Part shown: in pieces, positions 40,260-52,945 of the stretch
Numbering within the stretch: position 1 is the stretch's first letter
Layout: each line of letters starts with the position of its first letter
Source of the DNA: Macrostomum lignano
Taxonomy: Eukaryota
DNA: 64,000 nucleotides
NCBI GenBank assembly: GCA_002269645.1
Contig: NIVC01000073.1
Location: 434,001-498,000 of the forward strand
Direction: 5' to 3'
Translations under genes and position numbers: made by a program
Notes under the pieces: generated by a model
Databases searched by the model: none
What the model was told of the DNA's origin: nothing
Seen by the model: only the letters and a program-made list of their open reading frames with translations

Positions 40260-40560
40260 GGGTCATGAGCCCCCCCCCCTCCCCAAGAACCCAAGAAAAT
40301 TTGAGGAGCGTGGTAGCGGGGTCGTGACCCCCCAGAAAATCTGAGGGACGTGGTAGCGGGGTCGTGACCTCCCAGAAAATCTGAGGGACGTGGTAGCGGG
40401 GTCGTGACCCCCCCCCAGAAAATCTGAGGGACGTGGTAGCGGGGTCGTGACCCCCCAGAAAATCTGAGGGACGTGGTAGCGGGGTCGTGACCCCCCCAGA
40501 AAGTCTGAGGGGCGAGGTGGCGGTGTGATGACCCCCAGAAAATTTGAGGGGCAATTGGTG
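40260..40560. repeat. About 40-bp tandem repeat, each unit containing the hairpin GGGGTC-GT-GACCCC
   Basis: About 6 copies of CCAGAAAATCTGAGGGACGTGGTAGCGGGGTCGTGACCCC. Confidence 0.88.
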
Positions 40561-40762
40561 CCGGTGAAAAGACCCCCCCTCCCCAGAAAATGTGAGGGGT
40601 CATGATCCCCTTAGAAATTTGAGAACTGTTTTCAATAAGACAACAATTTTGAGGGTTGGTCATCACTCCAGTTCCTGTTTCTGGGCCTCCTTGATATGGC
40701 TGGTCATCCTTCTCTCACCCCTGCCCCAGAAGATGAGGGACTTGCATAGCAGCCAATGGGCA

Positions 40763-42653
40763 TCATTGCGAGGAGCGGATGCTGCTGTGTCTGTGGCAGG
40801 ATGGGGGTTTTGGAGGAGGGGGAATGGAAGAGAAAGGGAGGGAATTCCTATGTTTACAGGCGCAGTTCATATCAGTTGCACAAGCACGATAAGTCGAAAC
40901 CAGTTTTTCTGCTTGACCCTCTCGCTCTTGATGATTCTCACTGATGGATGCGGCTCGTTCGCACTTTGCCCATCTGACTTCCTTGCTTCTCTGACCTGCT
41001 GCTCTCACACCGCTCCCGACTCTCCCTCTCTTCTCTCACTGCTCTCACACCGCTCCCGACTCTCCCTCTCTTCTCTCACTGCTCTCACACCGCTCCCACT
41101 CTCCCTGTCTTCTCTCACTGCTCTCACACCGCTCCCGACTCTCCCTCTCTTCTCTCACTGCTCTCACACCGCTCCCACTCTCCCTGTCTTCTCTCACTGC
41201 TCTCACACCGCTCCCGACTCTCCCTCTCTTCTCTCACTGCTCTCACACCGCTCCCGACTCTCCCTCTCTTCTCTCACTGCTCTCACACCGCTCCCACTCT
41301 CCCTCTCTTCTCTCACTGCTCTCACACCGCTCCCACTCTCCCTGTCTTCTCTCACTGCTCTCACACCGCTCCCACTCTCCCTGTCTTCTCTCACTGCTCT
41401 CACACCGCTCCCGACTCTCCCTCTCTTCTCTCACTGCTCTCACACCGCTCCCGACTCTCCCTCTCTTCTCTCACTGCTCTCCTGGTCCTTTCTCTCTGTC
41501 TCTCTCTCTCCCTGTCTCTCCCTGTCTCTCCCTGTCTCTCCCTGTCTCTCCATGTCTCTCCCTGTCTCTCCCTGTCTCTCCCTGTCTCCCCCCTGTCTCT
41601 TCCTGTCTCCCCCTGTCTCTCCCTGTCTTCCCCTGTCTCTCCCTGTCTTCCCCTGTCTCTCCCTGTCTTCCCCCTGTCTCCCCCTGTCTCCCCCTGTCTC
41701 CCCCTGTCTCTCCCTGTCTTCCCCTGTCTCTTCCTGTCTCTCCCTGTCTCTCCCTGTCTTCCCATGTCTCTCCCTGTCTCTCCCTGTCTCCCCCTGTCTC
41801 CCCCTGTCTCCCCCTGTCTCCCCTCTCTTCCTGTCTCTCCCTGTCTCCCCCTGTCTCTCCCTGTCTCTCTCTATCTCTCCCTGTCTCTCCCTGTCCCCCC
41901 TGTCTCTCCCTGTCTCCCCCTGTCTCTCCCTGTCTTCCCCTGTCTCTTCCTGTCTCTCCCTGTCTCTCCCTGTCTTCCCATGTCTCTCCCTGTCTTCCCA
42001 TGTCTCTCCCTGTCTCCCCCTGTCTCCCCCTGCCTCCCCTCTCTTCCTGTCTCTCCCTGTCTCCCCCTGTCTCTCTCTATCTCTCCCTGTCTCTCCCTGT
42101 CCCCCCCTGTCTCTCCCTGTCTCCCCCTGTCTCTCCCTGTCTTCCCCTGTCTCTTCCTGTCTCTCCCTGTCTCTCCCTGTCTTCCCATGTCTCTCCCTGT
42201 CTTCCCATGTCTCTCCCTGTCTCCCCCTCTCTTCCTGTCTCTCCCTGTCTCCCCCTATCTCTCCCGTGTCTCCCTATCTCTCCCTGCCTATCCCTGTCTA
42301 TCTCTCAGTCTGCCCCTTAGGCCAACCCCTATAGCACAGAGAGTGTACATGCCTGTTGATTAGATAGTCAGGGCCGCTGTTCACCGTATGAGCGTGTGCT
42401 TGCTCAGCGCTTGCTGTCTCCTCACTAGCTGTGCACAGCACTCGATAACTTTGAAATCGAAACATCAAACTGTATTGTGAATCCGTGTGAGCCAAACTAC
42501 ACTGCACTTGGGTTAACCAGTCCGCTGTAAAGCCCCGCTCCACTGACACATTTTGTTCTTGCAAAACCGCACGGAAGGCGGGCAACAGCTGCATTGGGTG
42601 GTGCTCTTCACATCCGTCCAAACCTATTGCTAATGGTTCTGGCGCCTGGGGCA
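40763..42653 (-). CDS. Putative uncharacterised two-exon coding region (42653-42327, 40995-40763); 5' end not found
   Basis: Two non-repetitive Cys-containing ORFs flank a repeat-filled interval and join in phase 1 through a GTTGGC donor and a CAG acceptor. Spacing weakly resembles TIMP/NTR. The acceptor lacks a pyrimidine tract. Confidence 0.3.
41001..42300. repeat. Two adjacent pyrimidine-rich arrays: 39-40-bp unit (41001-41480) and about 10-bp CCCTGTCTCT unit (41480-42300)
   Basis: Read directly; explains ORF 40592..42334 and the overlapping ORFs. Confidence 0.93.
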
Positions 42654-42924
42654 CTTAAAATTCTTTCCCATATGGCTGGCAGGCTGGCTTCCCCTAGCCA
42701 TCCATATAATCCAATGATCCCATCTGCCTAATCTGCACTAACTGCTTCTGTCAGAGCCAACCTACGGCCGAAAAAGCCCCTATAAGCCATATAAGCCTTG
42801 GCAAAAGTCATAAATATTAACTGAAGGACACTTTAAACAAAAAGAAAAATTAAATTAACACTTGGAATTCCATTCACTCTTTTTTAAATCCTAAACCAAG
42901 CCTTTTATTATTCGTATTAAATAC

Positions 42925-43072
42925 AGTAGCTCTATGGCAGTTTGGATAATGAGGCAGCAGCTCTATGCCAGTTTGGATAATGAGGCAGTAGCTCTATGGC
43001 AGTTTGGATAATGAGGCAGCAGCTCTATGCCAGTTTGGATAATGAGGCAGTAGCTGTATGGCAGTTTGGAAT
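42925..43072. repeat. 31-bp repeat x5 (CTCTATG[G/C]CAGTTTGGATAATGAGGCAG[C/T]AG) with alternating variants
   Basis: Unit starts at 42930, 42961, 42992, 43023 and 43054. Confidence 0.92.
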
Positions 43073-43620
43073 AACGAAGATTTAGTATCTTCAGCAACTG
43101 GGGGAGTTTTGGGGTTTAACAATTCATATTGATTTACATGTATCTCACTACTCACTAAAATAAAACTCACTAACTGAAACAATTGTAAGCATGCAGTTTG
43201 GTTAACTCAGTTAAGAGAGATTATTTATTAAAAAATTTGCTAGTCTCTAATCGAACCGAAAGGGAACAATGTTATCAACTAATTTGCGATTATTAAATGG
43301 GAGCTGACATTTTTGTATTTAATATCATCGAAAAATTTGAATATTGCGTGCCTGAGGCTATACTTATACAGTAGTATCACGGGGATATGTGAAAATGTTA
43401 AGCACTTTCAAATTTCGAATTTCAAATGTCTATATTGATTCGCGCTTGAAAAATAATTTTAAGGTTTTATCTTATAAGCTGCAGAGGTGATGCAATATAA
43501 TCTATAAATACACTTTTCTGTTACTATAAGTAGTTTACTGATTTCGAAGGATACTTTTTATTAAAACTATTTCTTGTATGATAGCATCTTTGTAGATATA
43601 TTTTTTCACTTCCAAACAAA

Positions 43621-46600
43621 TCATTCGATATACATCGAACAGCCGGAGGTAAAAAACTCTGGAACCCTCTCGTTCTGCAGAGCACTTCCCAACTTCTCTA
43701 ATTGTTTCACGTCCTCCCTATCTGACCGCTTCACATGGCCAACTTGACTGTCCCAGATGGCTATGAGCCAGATCAGGTCGATCAACTCGAATCCGGTGAT
43801 GAGGCTGACGCCAAACCACAGGCCGAGAATTCCTCCGATCTGGAATGGGTAGAGGCCGATTTACATAGTCCCGATTTACATAGTCCCGATTCACATAGTC
43901 CCAGATTCACATAGTCCCAGATTCACATAGTCCCAGATTCACATAGTCCCAGATTTACATAGTCCCAGATTCACATAGTCCCAGATTCACATAGTCCCAG
44001 ATTCACATAGTCCCAGATTCACATAGTCCCAGATTCACATAGTCCCAGATTCACATAGTCCCAGATTCACATAGTCCCAGATTCACATAGTCCCAGATTC
44101 ACATAGTCCCAGATTCACATAGTCCCAGATTCACATAGTCCCAGATTCACATAGTCCCAGATTCACTTAGTCCCAGATTCACATAGTCCCAGATTCACAT
44201 AGTCCCAGATTCACTTAGTCCCAGATTCACTTAGTCCCAGATTCACTTAGTCCCAGATTCACTTAGTCCCAGATTCACTTAGTCCCAGATTCACATAGTC
44301 CCAGATTCACTTAGTCCCAGATTCACTTAGTCCCAGATTCACTTAGTCCCAGATTCACATAGTCCCAGATTCACTTAGTCCCAGATTCACTTAGTCCCAG
44401 ATTCACATAGTCCCAGATTCACATAGTCCCAGATTCACTTAGTCCCAGATTCACTTAGTCCCAGATTCACTTAGTCCCAGATTCACTTAGTCCCAGATTC
44501 ACTTAGTCCCAGATTCACTTAGTCCCAGATTCACTTAGTCCCAGATTCACTTAGCCCCGATTCACATAAACGAAATGCACAGCTCCAACTCCCATATTCA
44601 AGATTTAAACAGTCCTGATTCACATAGATAGAGATTCACATAGTCCCGGTTCACATAGACCCAGATTCACACAATCCTGATTCATGGAGCCAGAGTGACA
44701 AATTCCCAGAGTGACAAATTCCTAGAGACTCAAAGCGATGAAGATGCAATTAGTTTAAGTTGGACTGTTAACCGCATTGTAATTAGTCCTACAACTTACC
44801 TCTGACAAGATTTCAAACCATTGGTAGGTAAAGGACTCCGTGTAAGCAATGCTGTAAGGCGACTCCAGCCTAACAACCAGTCTGACAACATTTTCCTTGA
44901 CCTTCTGGGTATTGAGAGCTTTTGCGGCTTTTGGCATGCTTTCTTTCAATAATTTAGTCAGGGACTCGCTGTCTCTACTCAACGAATGCACCGCCGAATA
45001 ATCTCGCAGGTAAGTGGTTCGAGCAGTCAGTGAGCTGTTCCAACTCGGTACCGCGTATTCGTCCCGGTGTTGAGCATTCCGCTGGCGCATTTTGATAAAC
45101 GATACAGCAATGGGCATGAGGTCCTCATCACTGGGCCAGTCTAAGCTTTCTAACTGCACTTCTCTGGACACAGAATGGCAGGGTTTCCACATGGTCACGT
45201 GATTCGGCGCCGAGTTCAATAATTTAGACCACCATCTGTCGTGACAGCGGATCCTGTCTAGAGCCTCCTTGGGCAGCGTCGGTCGAGGGGCGCCGTCTTC
45301 ATCGGGCTGGACGTGATAGCAGAGGCTGGAGGAGCTGGCACCGGTGGGGCTCCGGTGAGAGCGGCAGCCGCACTTCTTAAACAGCTCTGCTTGAGCCCAA
45401 GTGTACAGATCGTCTTCAGGTGAGCGGACAAAGGCTCGACTTTCGCTGGTTCCGTTGACGACCGAACGCACCGTTCTGTAAACAACCTCGTCAGGTGGCT
45501 TGTCGGAGCACCGCTCCCTGCCTTTGTAGTTCAGCTTGTGCTTCTCCAAAGTTGATATTCGAAATGTGGCTGAGGTGCCCGACGAAATGATGTAGGACTG
45601 GTAGCCTGCGGGTTGGAGTGTTATGGATTGCAGTTAGTATTGATTAGAGTAGAGTACAGTATAATAAAGAGTAGAGTAGAATTAGACAGTAGCTCGTATA
45701 GTCTATACTGTCTAAGATAGTATAGACTTAGAGCGTATAGTCGAGGGTATAGAATACATCATGCAGAGAGTAGAGTAGAGCGTCAGCCTAAAGGTCTCAA
45801 CAAGCAGTGCTACACGTGCCAGACGACTCATAGAGGTAGGCAGCTCTGCAGTCCAAGGCCCTGCAAGACTCTGACAGACTCGCTTGAAATCGACCTCGAG
45901 ATAAGTCAAGGGAGAAGCTGTTGACTCCAGCTGGCAGGGCCACGCCATCTTTGACTATAGGTAAAAATGCTTGTTGATCATAGAGAATACAGTATAATGC
46001 TCGATAATCTATAACACCTATTAGCCCATACCATTAAACGGATAGGTGTTCCTCGGATGCAGTATCGCACTTATTCCATTGGGCTGTTCATTATTTGCTA
46101 GGATCTGGTTAAGCGGGAATTCCTCCGGATTGGTGGTTAGATACTCGGTCAGCGACAGGCCCTTGTCGTAGTAGGTCTTTGAAGATGCTTTATACGCGGC
46201 GTGTTTCTGATAGTGGGATTCGAAAATGCTGCTGTCAGTGAAGAGATTTATGAGCAGGATGGAGTTAAATTTAGACCCGTGATCGGCCATCTTGTTGCTT
46301 TCTGACGGACTAAAAGTGAGGCAGTCAAAGTGATGGTGGTCCTGGATTAGACTAAAATTGCTTGGTTCGCAGGGTAAACGCTTGAATCTGCAGCTAAATA
46401 TGCTGCTTTGGTAGTGCATACTCAGCCAAGAGTCAAGGAAAGTCTTGTCAAGCCTGACTATCTCAAACATCTTGTAGTACAGAGCCTTCATCCTCTCCAT
46501 GTAGTCCGTTATAGATTCGTTTCTTCTCTGCAAAGAGGACTCGTCGTTGAACCAGCCGTCCAGGCGACGCGTGTAGTGAAGAAGCAAGTCAGTCCAGTTG

Positions 46601-46962
46601 CGTTCAAAGGACTGGGCCAAGAAGCTCTCGGAGATGGGCTTCAATCCGCAGATTGTGAGGTCAGGGAATTCAACCACGTTCTCGTTCAGCATCATAGTCG
46701 AGGCGACGCCGCTGTTGTGGAAGTCAATAATTAGCAAGATTAAGTGGGTAGTGCAGCAGGCCAGAGCCATCAGCAGGATCACTGACCACACTATCTTCCG
46801 CCACAGACTGCCAGCTGTAAGTAAATTTGGCAGGCCTTCGACTGTGGTGTGCTGGGCACAATGGCCCATCGGCCCGGCGAGTTGCTCACATCTTGCGCAG
46901 TCGTCAGAGACACTGTTTCTGGGTGTTGAGGCCAGCGTGTCAATATCTTGCGGCTCGAGCAT
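43621..46962 (-). CDS. DEG/ENaC/ASIC-family channel subunit; 3 exons (46962-46032, 45605-44800, 43839-43621), about 651 aa
   Basis: Pre-M1 TTVEGL, TM1 WSVILLMALACCTTHLILLI, FPDLTIC, IFSCRF..C..C, a Cys-rich thumb, LVVRLES..Y.ES..Y and spliced ILSE|IGGILGLWFGVSLITGFE (TM2 with GxS filter). Phases are 1 and 0, for 1956 nt in total. Confidence 0.9.
43858..44560. repeat. 16-bp minisatellite (CCAGATTCAC[A/T]TAGTC) in DEG/ENaC intron 2
   Basis: About 43 copies; the A variant dominates on the left and the T variant on the right. Confidence 0.96.
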
Positions 46963-47287
46963 CGCTGTGGCTGAATAGAGCGCGCCTCGACGGGCACGCT
47001 GAATCCACAGGTGTATGCGTTCCGACTATAATATTCTCAATTCATGGACCAACCTGGCTCAATTCATGTCGAGTGTCTATATAAGCCAGCTTGATCATTC
47101 TATTTTAATAAATCAATAAATCTCTTTAGTTTATGGTAGCTATCGATAAATATAACCCGAGGATCATATGTAGTCAGGAGCGGCAGGATCAAACTTAGAC
47201 TTAGGATTGTGCAGAATGGACCATCCTCATCCAGTTGCGTCGAAAATATATGCGAGTTGCAACCTTAGATAGATCTTATATTTCTAT

Positions 47288-50200
47288 TGTGGCATTTGTG
47301 CCACGGACTTTGTGAACTTTTCCTGTTTTCCGTATGCACCCCACCCCCCTTGTCTGAATCTCTGTATTGTCTGTCTGGTTCCTCGTCTGTCTCTGTCTGT
47401 CTGTCTGTCCGCATGTAACTCACTTATTGTCTGTATCTCTCCACTGTCTACGAAGCTCGGGTGTACCCACCCCAATTATACTGCTATAAATGTGCCTCCC
47501 ACTCTGCTTGGGAAGGGCACATCTTTTCCGATATCTCTCTGAAATTCTCAGTTCTGCAGAGCGAACTATCAGGTGCTACAAGCCAGCCTTTGCCTTTCAA
47601 AGTTATCACAATGGCGACGACGAGTTCCGCTCTGGGAGGCATCCCAATTCTCTCCGCGAACACAGATATCGACGTGTATCTGGAGAGACTCCAACACTAC
47701 TTCACCTGCAGAGGTGAAGGATGAGGCTAAGGTGGCTACACGCGTCACAGCAATTGGCGAGGAAGCCTATTCAGTGCTGCGCAACCTCTGTCTTCCCAAA
47801 AAGATGGCAGACAAGTCATTCCATGAGCTAACGGAGATCGTCATGCGTAATCACTACGCTTCACAGCCATCTGAGCTGGCAGCCCGCTTTCGCTTCCAGC
47901 GTCGTCTGCAGCAGCCGGGCGAGACCTTCGCAGAGTTCATCGCCGGTCTGAAGGCCTTGTCGGCCCATTGCAACTGTGGCAACACTATGGAAGAGCGGCT
48001 CCGAGACCAGCTTGTCTTCGGCCTGCTCAATGACACCTTCCGAGTGAAACTGCTGGAGGAGGTGAAGCCCACCTTTAAATCTCTGCAGCAGAAAATTCTC
48101 TCCTTGGAGTCTGCAGAAAAGTCATCGCACGAGGTGGCGCCTGCGGAAGCTGCGGCGGCGTCCACAGCCGCCAGCAGTGCAAGCTGCGGGACGCCAAGTG
48201 CCACGCCTGTGGCAAGACTGGCCACATCCGTAAGGTTGGCCGCTCGGCCAAGCTGCAACTCCGCTCAGATGCCAATCTTCGCTGTTCAGCCGTCTGGAAG
48301 CAACGCAGGCCCGACGGTGCAGCTGCAGGTTAACGGACAGCAGTGCCGATTCGTTATTCGTTATCTGGATCTGCGGTCACTCTGATCCCGCAGAGCCTGC
48401 AGTAGAAGCTGTTGCCGTCGCTGCATCTGTCTCCGTCCGCAGCTATCCTGCGCACCTTCAGCGATTTCGCCCCATCGGCCAGGCGTCCGTCACCTTCCAG
48501 CTCGACGGTCAGCAGCTGCAGCTCCTTCTGCTTGTCGTCACGCAGGGCGACACCCCGCTGCTGGGGCGCGACTGGCTGGCCAGACTGCGGCTGAACTGGC
48601 CGAGCATCATGGCGCAGGTCCACTCCGTCTCTGCAGACGACGGCGTCGGGGACCTCATCAAGGAGTTCTCATCTGTCTTCGAGGACGGCCTGGGAGAATT
48701 TCAGCATGGCCAAGTCCGGTTGCAGGTCACCGAAGGCTGCGGGAACGTGTGGACGCCGAGCTGCAGTGCATGGAGGCCAGCGGAATCATCAAGGCGGTCA
48801 AGCACAGCAACTGGACGGCACCCATTGTGCCAGTGGTGAAGAAGGACGGCAGCGTTAGGATCTGCGCTGACTACAAACTCACTTACAACGCGGCGAGCAA
48901 GACGGAGCACTACCCGCTGCCACGCATCGAGGACCTCTTCGCCAAGCTCGGCGGTGGCTGCAAGTGGTCCAAGCTGGACCTGTCCGAGCAAGGCCTTCCT
49001 CACCATCAACACGCCAAGAGGACTTTTCCAGCTAAACCGCATGCCTTTCGGCATCACCAGCGCCAGCGCCATCTTTCAGCGGACGCTGGACACCCTGCTG
49101 GGGGCCTCGACGCCGTCCAGGTCTTCGTCGACGACATCCTCGTCACGGGCGGCACCTTGCAGCAGCACAAAAATAACCTGGCCCTAGTCCTGCATCGCCT
49201 GCAGGGCGCTGGCCTTCGCCTGAACAAAGACAAGTGCCAGTTCTTCAAGGACTCCGTCGAGTATCTGGGCCATCGTATCGACGCCAACGGCCTCAGTCCG
49301 CTGCCTGATCGAGTCTCCGCCGTCCAGGATGCGCCGGCTCTAAAAGATGTCAGCCAGCTGCGCTCGTTTCTCGGCATGTTGGCACAGTATTGCAAGTTTC
49401 TGCCAAACCTGTCCACCGTGCTGGCACCGCTCCACCAGCTCCTGGCCAAGAACACGTGCTGGACCGGGGAGCAGCCGCAGCAGCGGGCGTTTGACGAGGC
49501 GAAGCAATTGCTACTTCAGTCACCGGTGCTCGTGCACTACAGCCCGGACCTGCCTCTACGCCTGGAGTGTGACGCCTCACCCTACGGCTTGGGTGTCGTG
49601 CTGACTCATCGCATCGGCAACAAGGACTGCGCGGTCGCCTTCGCCAGCCGCAGCCTAACGGCAGCTCAACGCGGCTACTCGCAGCTATAGACAAGAAGGC
49701 GCTGACCATCATGTTCGGCTTGCAGCGCTTCCACCAGTTCCTCTACGGCCGCCGGTTCACCATCGTCACCGACCACTTGCCGCTGCTGGGTCTGCTGGGC
49801 GAGCGCAAGGCCATCCCCGCGCACGCAGCCGCGCGCATGCAGCGCTGGGCCATCCGCCTGGCGAGTTACGACTACTCGCTGGAGTTCCGGCCGACAGAGA
49901 AGCACGCCAACTGCGACTCGCTCTCGCGGCTGCCGCTACCGCAGCTGTTTGAGGAGGAGGCGGCTGTCAACTCGCTCCTGCTCGACAAGGGCGCAGGGTT
50001 TGCCATCACAGCGCAAGCAGTCTCGCGGCACACCAGGACGGACGCAACGCTGGGCCGCGTGCTGCGCTGTCTGCAGGCCGGTGAGTCCATCAGTGCCGAC
50101 CTCATCGACTTCGCCCGCCGACAGTCCGAGCTATTGGTCGACCAGAGCTGTGTCCTCTGGGGCGCCAGGTCGTGGTACCGACGGCGCTGCGACAGCGAGT

Positions 50201-51130
50201 GATGCAGGAGCTGCACCAGGCGCATCCCGGCATCAGCAGGATGCGTGCTCTTGCCCGCAGCTATGTCTGGTGGCCAGGCATCGACAGCGATCTGGAAGCT
50301 GCGGCCAAGGCCTGCCGCACCTTCCAGCTTAACCAGGCTAAGGCACCGGTATAGTCGTGGCCATTCCCGACAGAGCCTTGGGAGCGCCTCCATGTCGACT
50401 TCGCCGGGCCCGTCAACGGCTACGTGTATCTGGTGGTGGTGGACGCTCGCAGCAAGTGGCCGGAGGTGCAACAGATGCGCAGCGCCACGGCGACCTCCCC
50501 CATCGCGACAGCCAAGGCATCCCTCGCACGTTGGTGTCCGACAACGGGGCTCGATTTGCCTCTGCCGAGTTCGCAAAGTTTACCAAGGCCAACGGCATCA
50601 TTCGGTACATCTTCTCGGCGCCGTTTTCATCCTGCCACGAACAGCCAGGCCGAGCGCTTCGTCCAGGTGCTCAAGCGGCACCTGCTCAATAACGTCCACT
50701 TCGACGCGCGGCTGCAGCGGCTGCTGCCCTCTTACAGCAACACCCGGCCCGCACAGCGTCAGCGGTGTCGCTCCCAGACAGCTGCTCATAGGCCGGCGGC
50801 TCCGTGGCCGCCTGGATCTCCTGAAGCCTTCGCTGGCCAGCGATGTGCAGCAGCGACAGGAGCGGCTGCTGCAGGAGCGGCGGCCCGCGCGCGAGTTCCA
50901 GCCAGGTGACCGCGTCCTCTTCCGCGACTACAGCGTCGGCGCAAGGGCCGGCGATTCGCCGAGCTGGGTGGAGGGCGTCATCGAGAGTGCTGGCAACCGA
51001 AATAGCACCGTCGACTCGGAGCAGGGGCGGCACGTTCGGCGCACCGACCAGCTGCTGGCGGCGCCCGCCGCCGACACTAGCGTTCAGCCTGCCGATACCA
51101 GGCCAGCCTTTGCCTTTCAAAGTGATTACA
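47288..51130 (+). mobile_element. Degenerate Ty3/gypsy LTR retrotransposon (Mag/K02A2.6-like gag-pol) with truncated 3' LTR
   Basis: Gag (YLERLQHYF..RFRFQRRLQQPGE..RLRDQLVFGL), decayed CCHC (CHACGKTGH), RT (WTAPIVPVVKKDGSVRICADYK, FVDDILV), RNase H (CDASPYGLG) and integrase (HQAHPGISRM, PWERLHVDFAGP), with many frameshifts and stops. The putative 5' LTR TG(47288)..ACA(47610) is followed by PBS-like TGGCGACGA. The LTR end GCCAGCCTTTGCCTTTCAAAGT recurs at 51102-51123, and the flanks TCTAT/CCTAT suggest a 5-bp TSD with one mismatch. Confidence 0.88.
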
Positions 51131-52324
51131 CCTATGAAGCTGGATCTTTATGAGTAGTCCAGAATAGAATGCCTCGAGGCAAGAATGCCTACGAATCACA
51201 TCTTTCTACTGCAGCTGTTTGCATAGATCTTATATTGTATATATAAGCAACGACACCTCGAGTTGAGCTGCTCATATTTTTCCAGTATCTAACATTGCTA
51301 GTACAGAATTTTTGAACATGCATAAACTCTTACTTAATGAGAAGATCTGTACGCATCTCCGCCTTTTCTCGGTGTGGCTACTGCCTCATTAAAAATGCGA
51401 TAGAGCCACTGTCCCATAGTAACTCACTTGATGTTGCTAAACTTGGTGAAAATTGAGCGAATATTCAATTAATGAAAAAAAATTCTAAGAACTCAAAGAA
51501 CTCAGCATCAGTTAAAACAAAATTTAATAGTCAGCTGACTCAGCTGACGACTTGCAAACACAAAAGAAAAAAGAAAGCATTAAAAGTGCGCTGCTGTAGT
51601 TTTATATTTATCGAATATTAATAAAATTATAATAGATAATTTCATTTGCATACTGTTGGATGAACTTTTTAGCTTAAAAAACGAACGACAACATAAAAGA
51701 ATACATTAATAGATGATAATAAGTGGGTAAACAAAAGCGGTATTAACTATAACAACAATATTCTACAAGTAAAATGTATATTATGTAGATTAATAAATAA
51801 ATAAATAGACTTGTACGTTTTAATTAACAAAAGACTGTAGTACTACTAACTCGAGCAAATTCTAATCATGCCCTCGGAAATTCGGCAAAGGCTCGCAAAG
51901 CATAAATAAAAAGCCAATAGCAGGTGTTAGAAGGGCAAAAATGTCAATGTAAAACTGATATTAATCAAAAGTTCACCTAGAGACATGCGGAGATGGGAGA
52001 GGAATATAAAATATAAATTCATTCTTATTCACTTAATAAATTTGCTATGAATCTATCAATCAATTGGAGTCAGCAGTAATATTTCAACGCATAGCGGCTT
52101 AAAAAACGTACATACTTACTACAAACTATGAGTAGTATATAACTTGACTATTCGAAGCAATTAGTTGCTATAGAACTGCACACCGGAGCTTTTTTATAAT
52201 AAACAAAATATTATACTACTTACTTATTCGAAACTAGTATATATGGTAGTAACTGAACCATTAGCGAGCTCGCATTTATTATCTAGGAATAGGAAATAGT
52301 ATTTGGGAAGAGACCAAGGGAAAA

Positions 52325-52945
52325 AAGCAGGTGTACATTGGAGAGGCTGGGGTTGGTGCCGATCGATAATGGGGTAGTTGTACATTGGGGAGGCTGGGGG
52401 TGGTGCCGATCGATAATGTGGCAGATGTACATTGGGGAGGCTGGTATGGGAGCCGATCGATAATGGGGTAGTTGTACATTGGGGAGGCTGGGGTTGGTGC
52501 CGATCGATAATGTGGCAGATGTATATTGGGAAGGCTGGGTGGGTGCCGATCGATAATGGGGAAGATGTACAATGAGGAGGCTGGGGTTGGTGCCGATCGA
52601 TAATGTGGCAGATGTACATTGGGAGGCTGGGGTTGGTGCCGATCGATAATATGGCAGATGTATATGGAAGGCTGGGTGGGTGCCGATCGATAATGGGGCA
52701 GATGTACAATGAGGAGGCTGGGGTTGGTGCCGATCGATAATGTGGCAGATGTACATTGGGAGGCTGGGGTTGGTGCCGATCGATAATATGGCAGATGTAT
52801 ATGGAAGGCTGGGTGGGTGCCGATCGATAATGGGGCAGATGTACATTGGGTAGGCTGGGTTGGGAGCCGAGCCGATCGATAATGTGGCAGATGTACATTG
52901 GAGAGGCTGGGGTTGGTGCCGATCGATAATGGGGCAGATGTAAAT
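52325..52945. repeat. 45-47-bp G-rich minisatellite (..GGCTGGGGTTGGTGCCGATCGATAATGTGGCAGATGTACATT..)
   Basis: About 13 diverged copies. Confidence 0.93.

Noticed and set aside
40592-42363. 580-aa and related Leu/Ser/Pro ORFs
   Set aside because: Products of CT-rich arrays.
47169-51292. Possible older solo LTR (TG at 47169, ACA at 51292) interrupted by the gypsy; ATAGATCTTATATT occurs on both sides
   Set aside because: There is no matching TSD and only a 14-bp shared motif, which is insufficient support.
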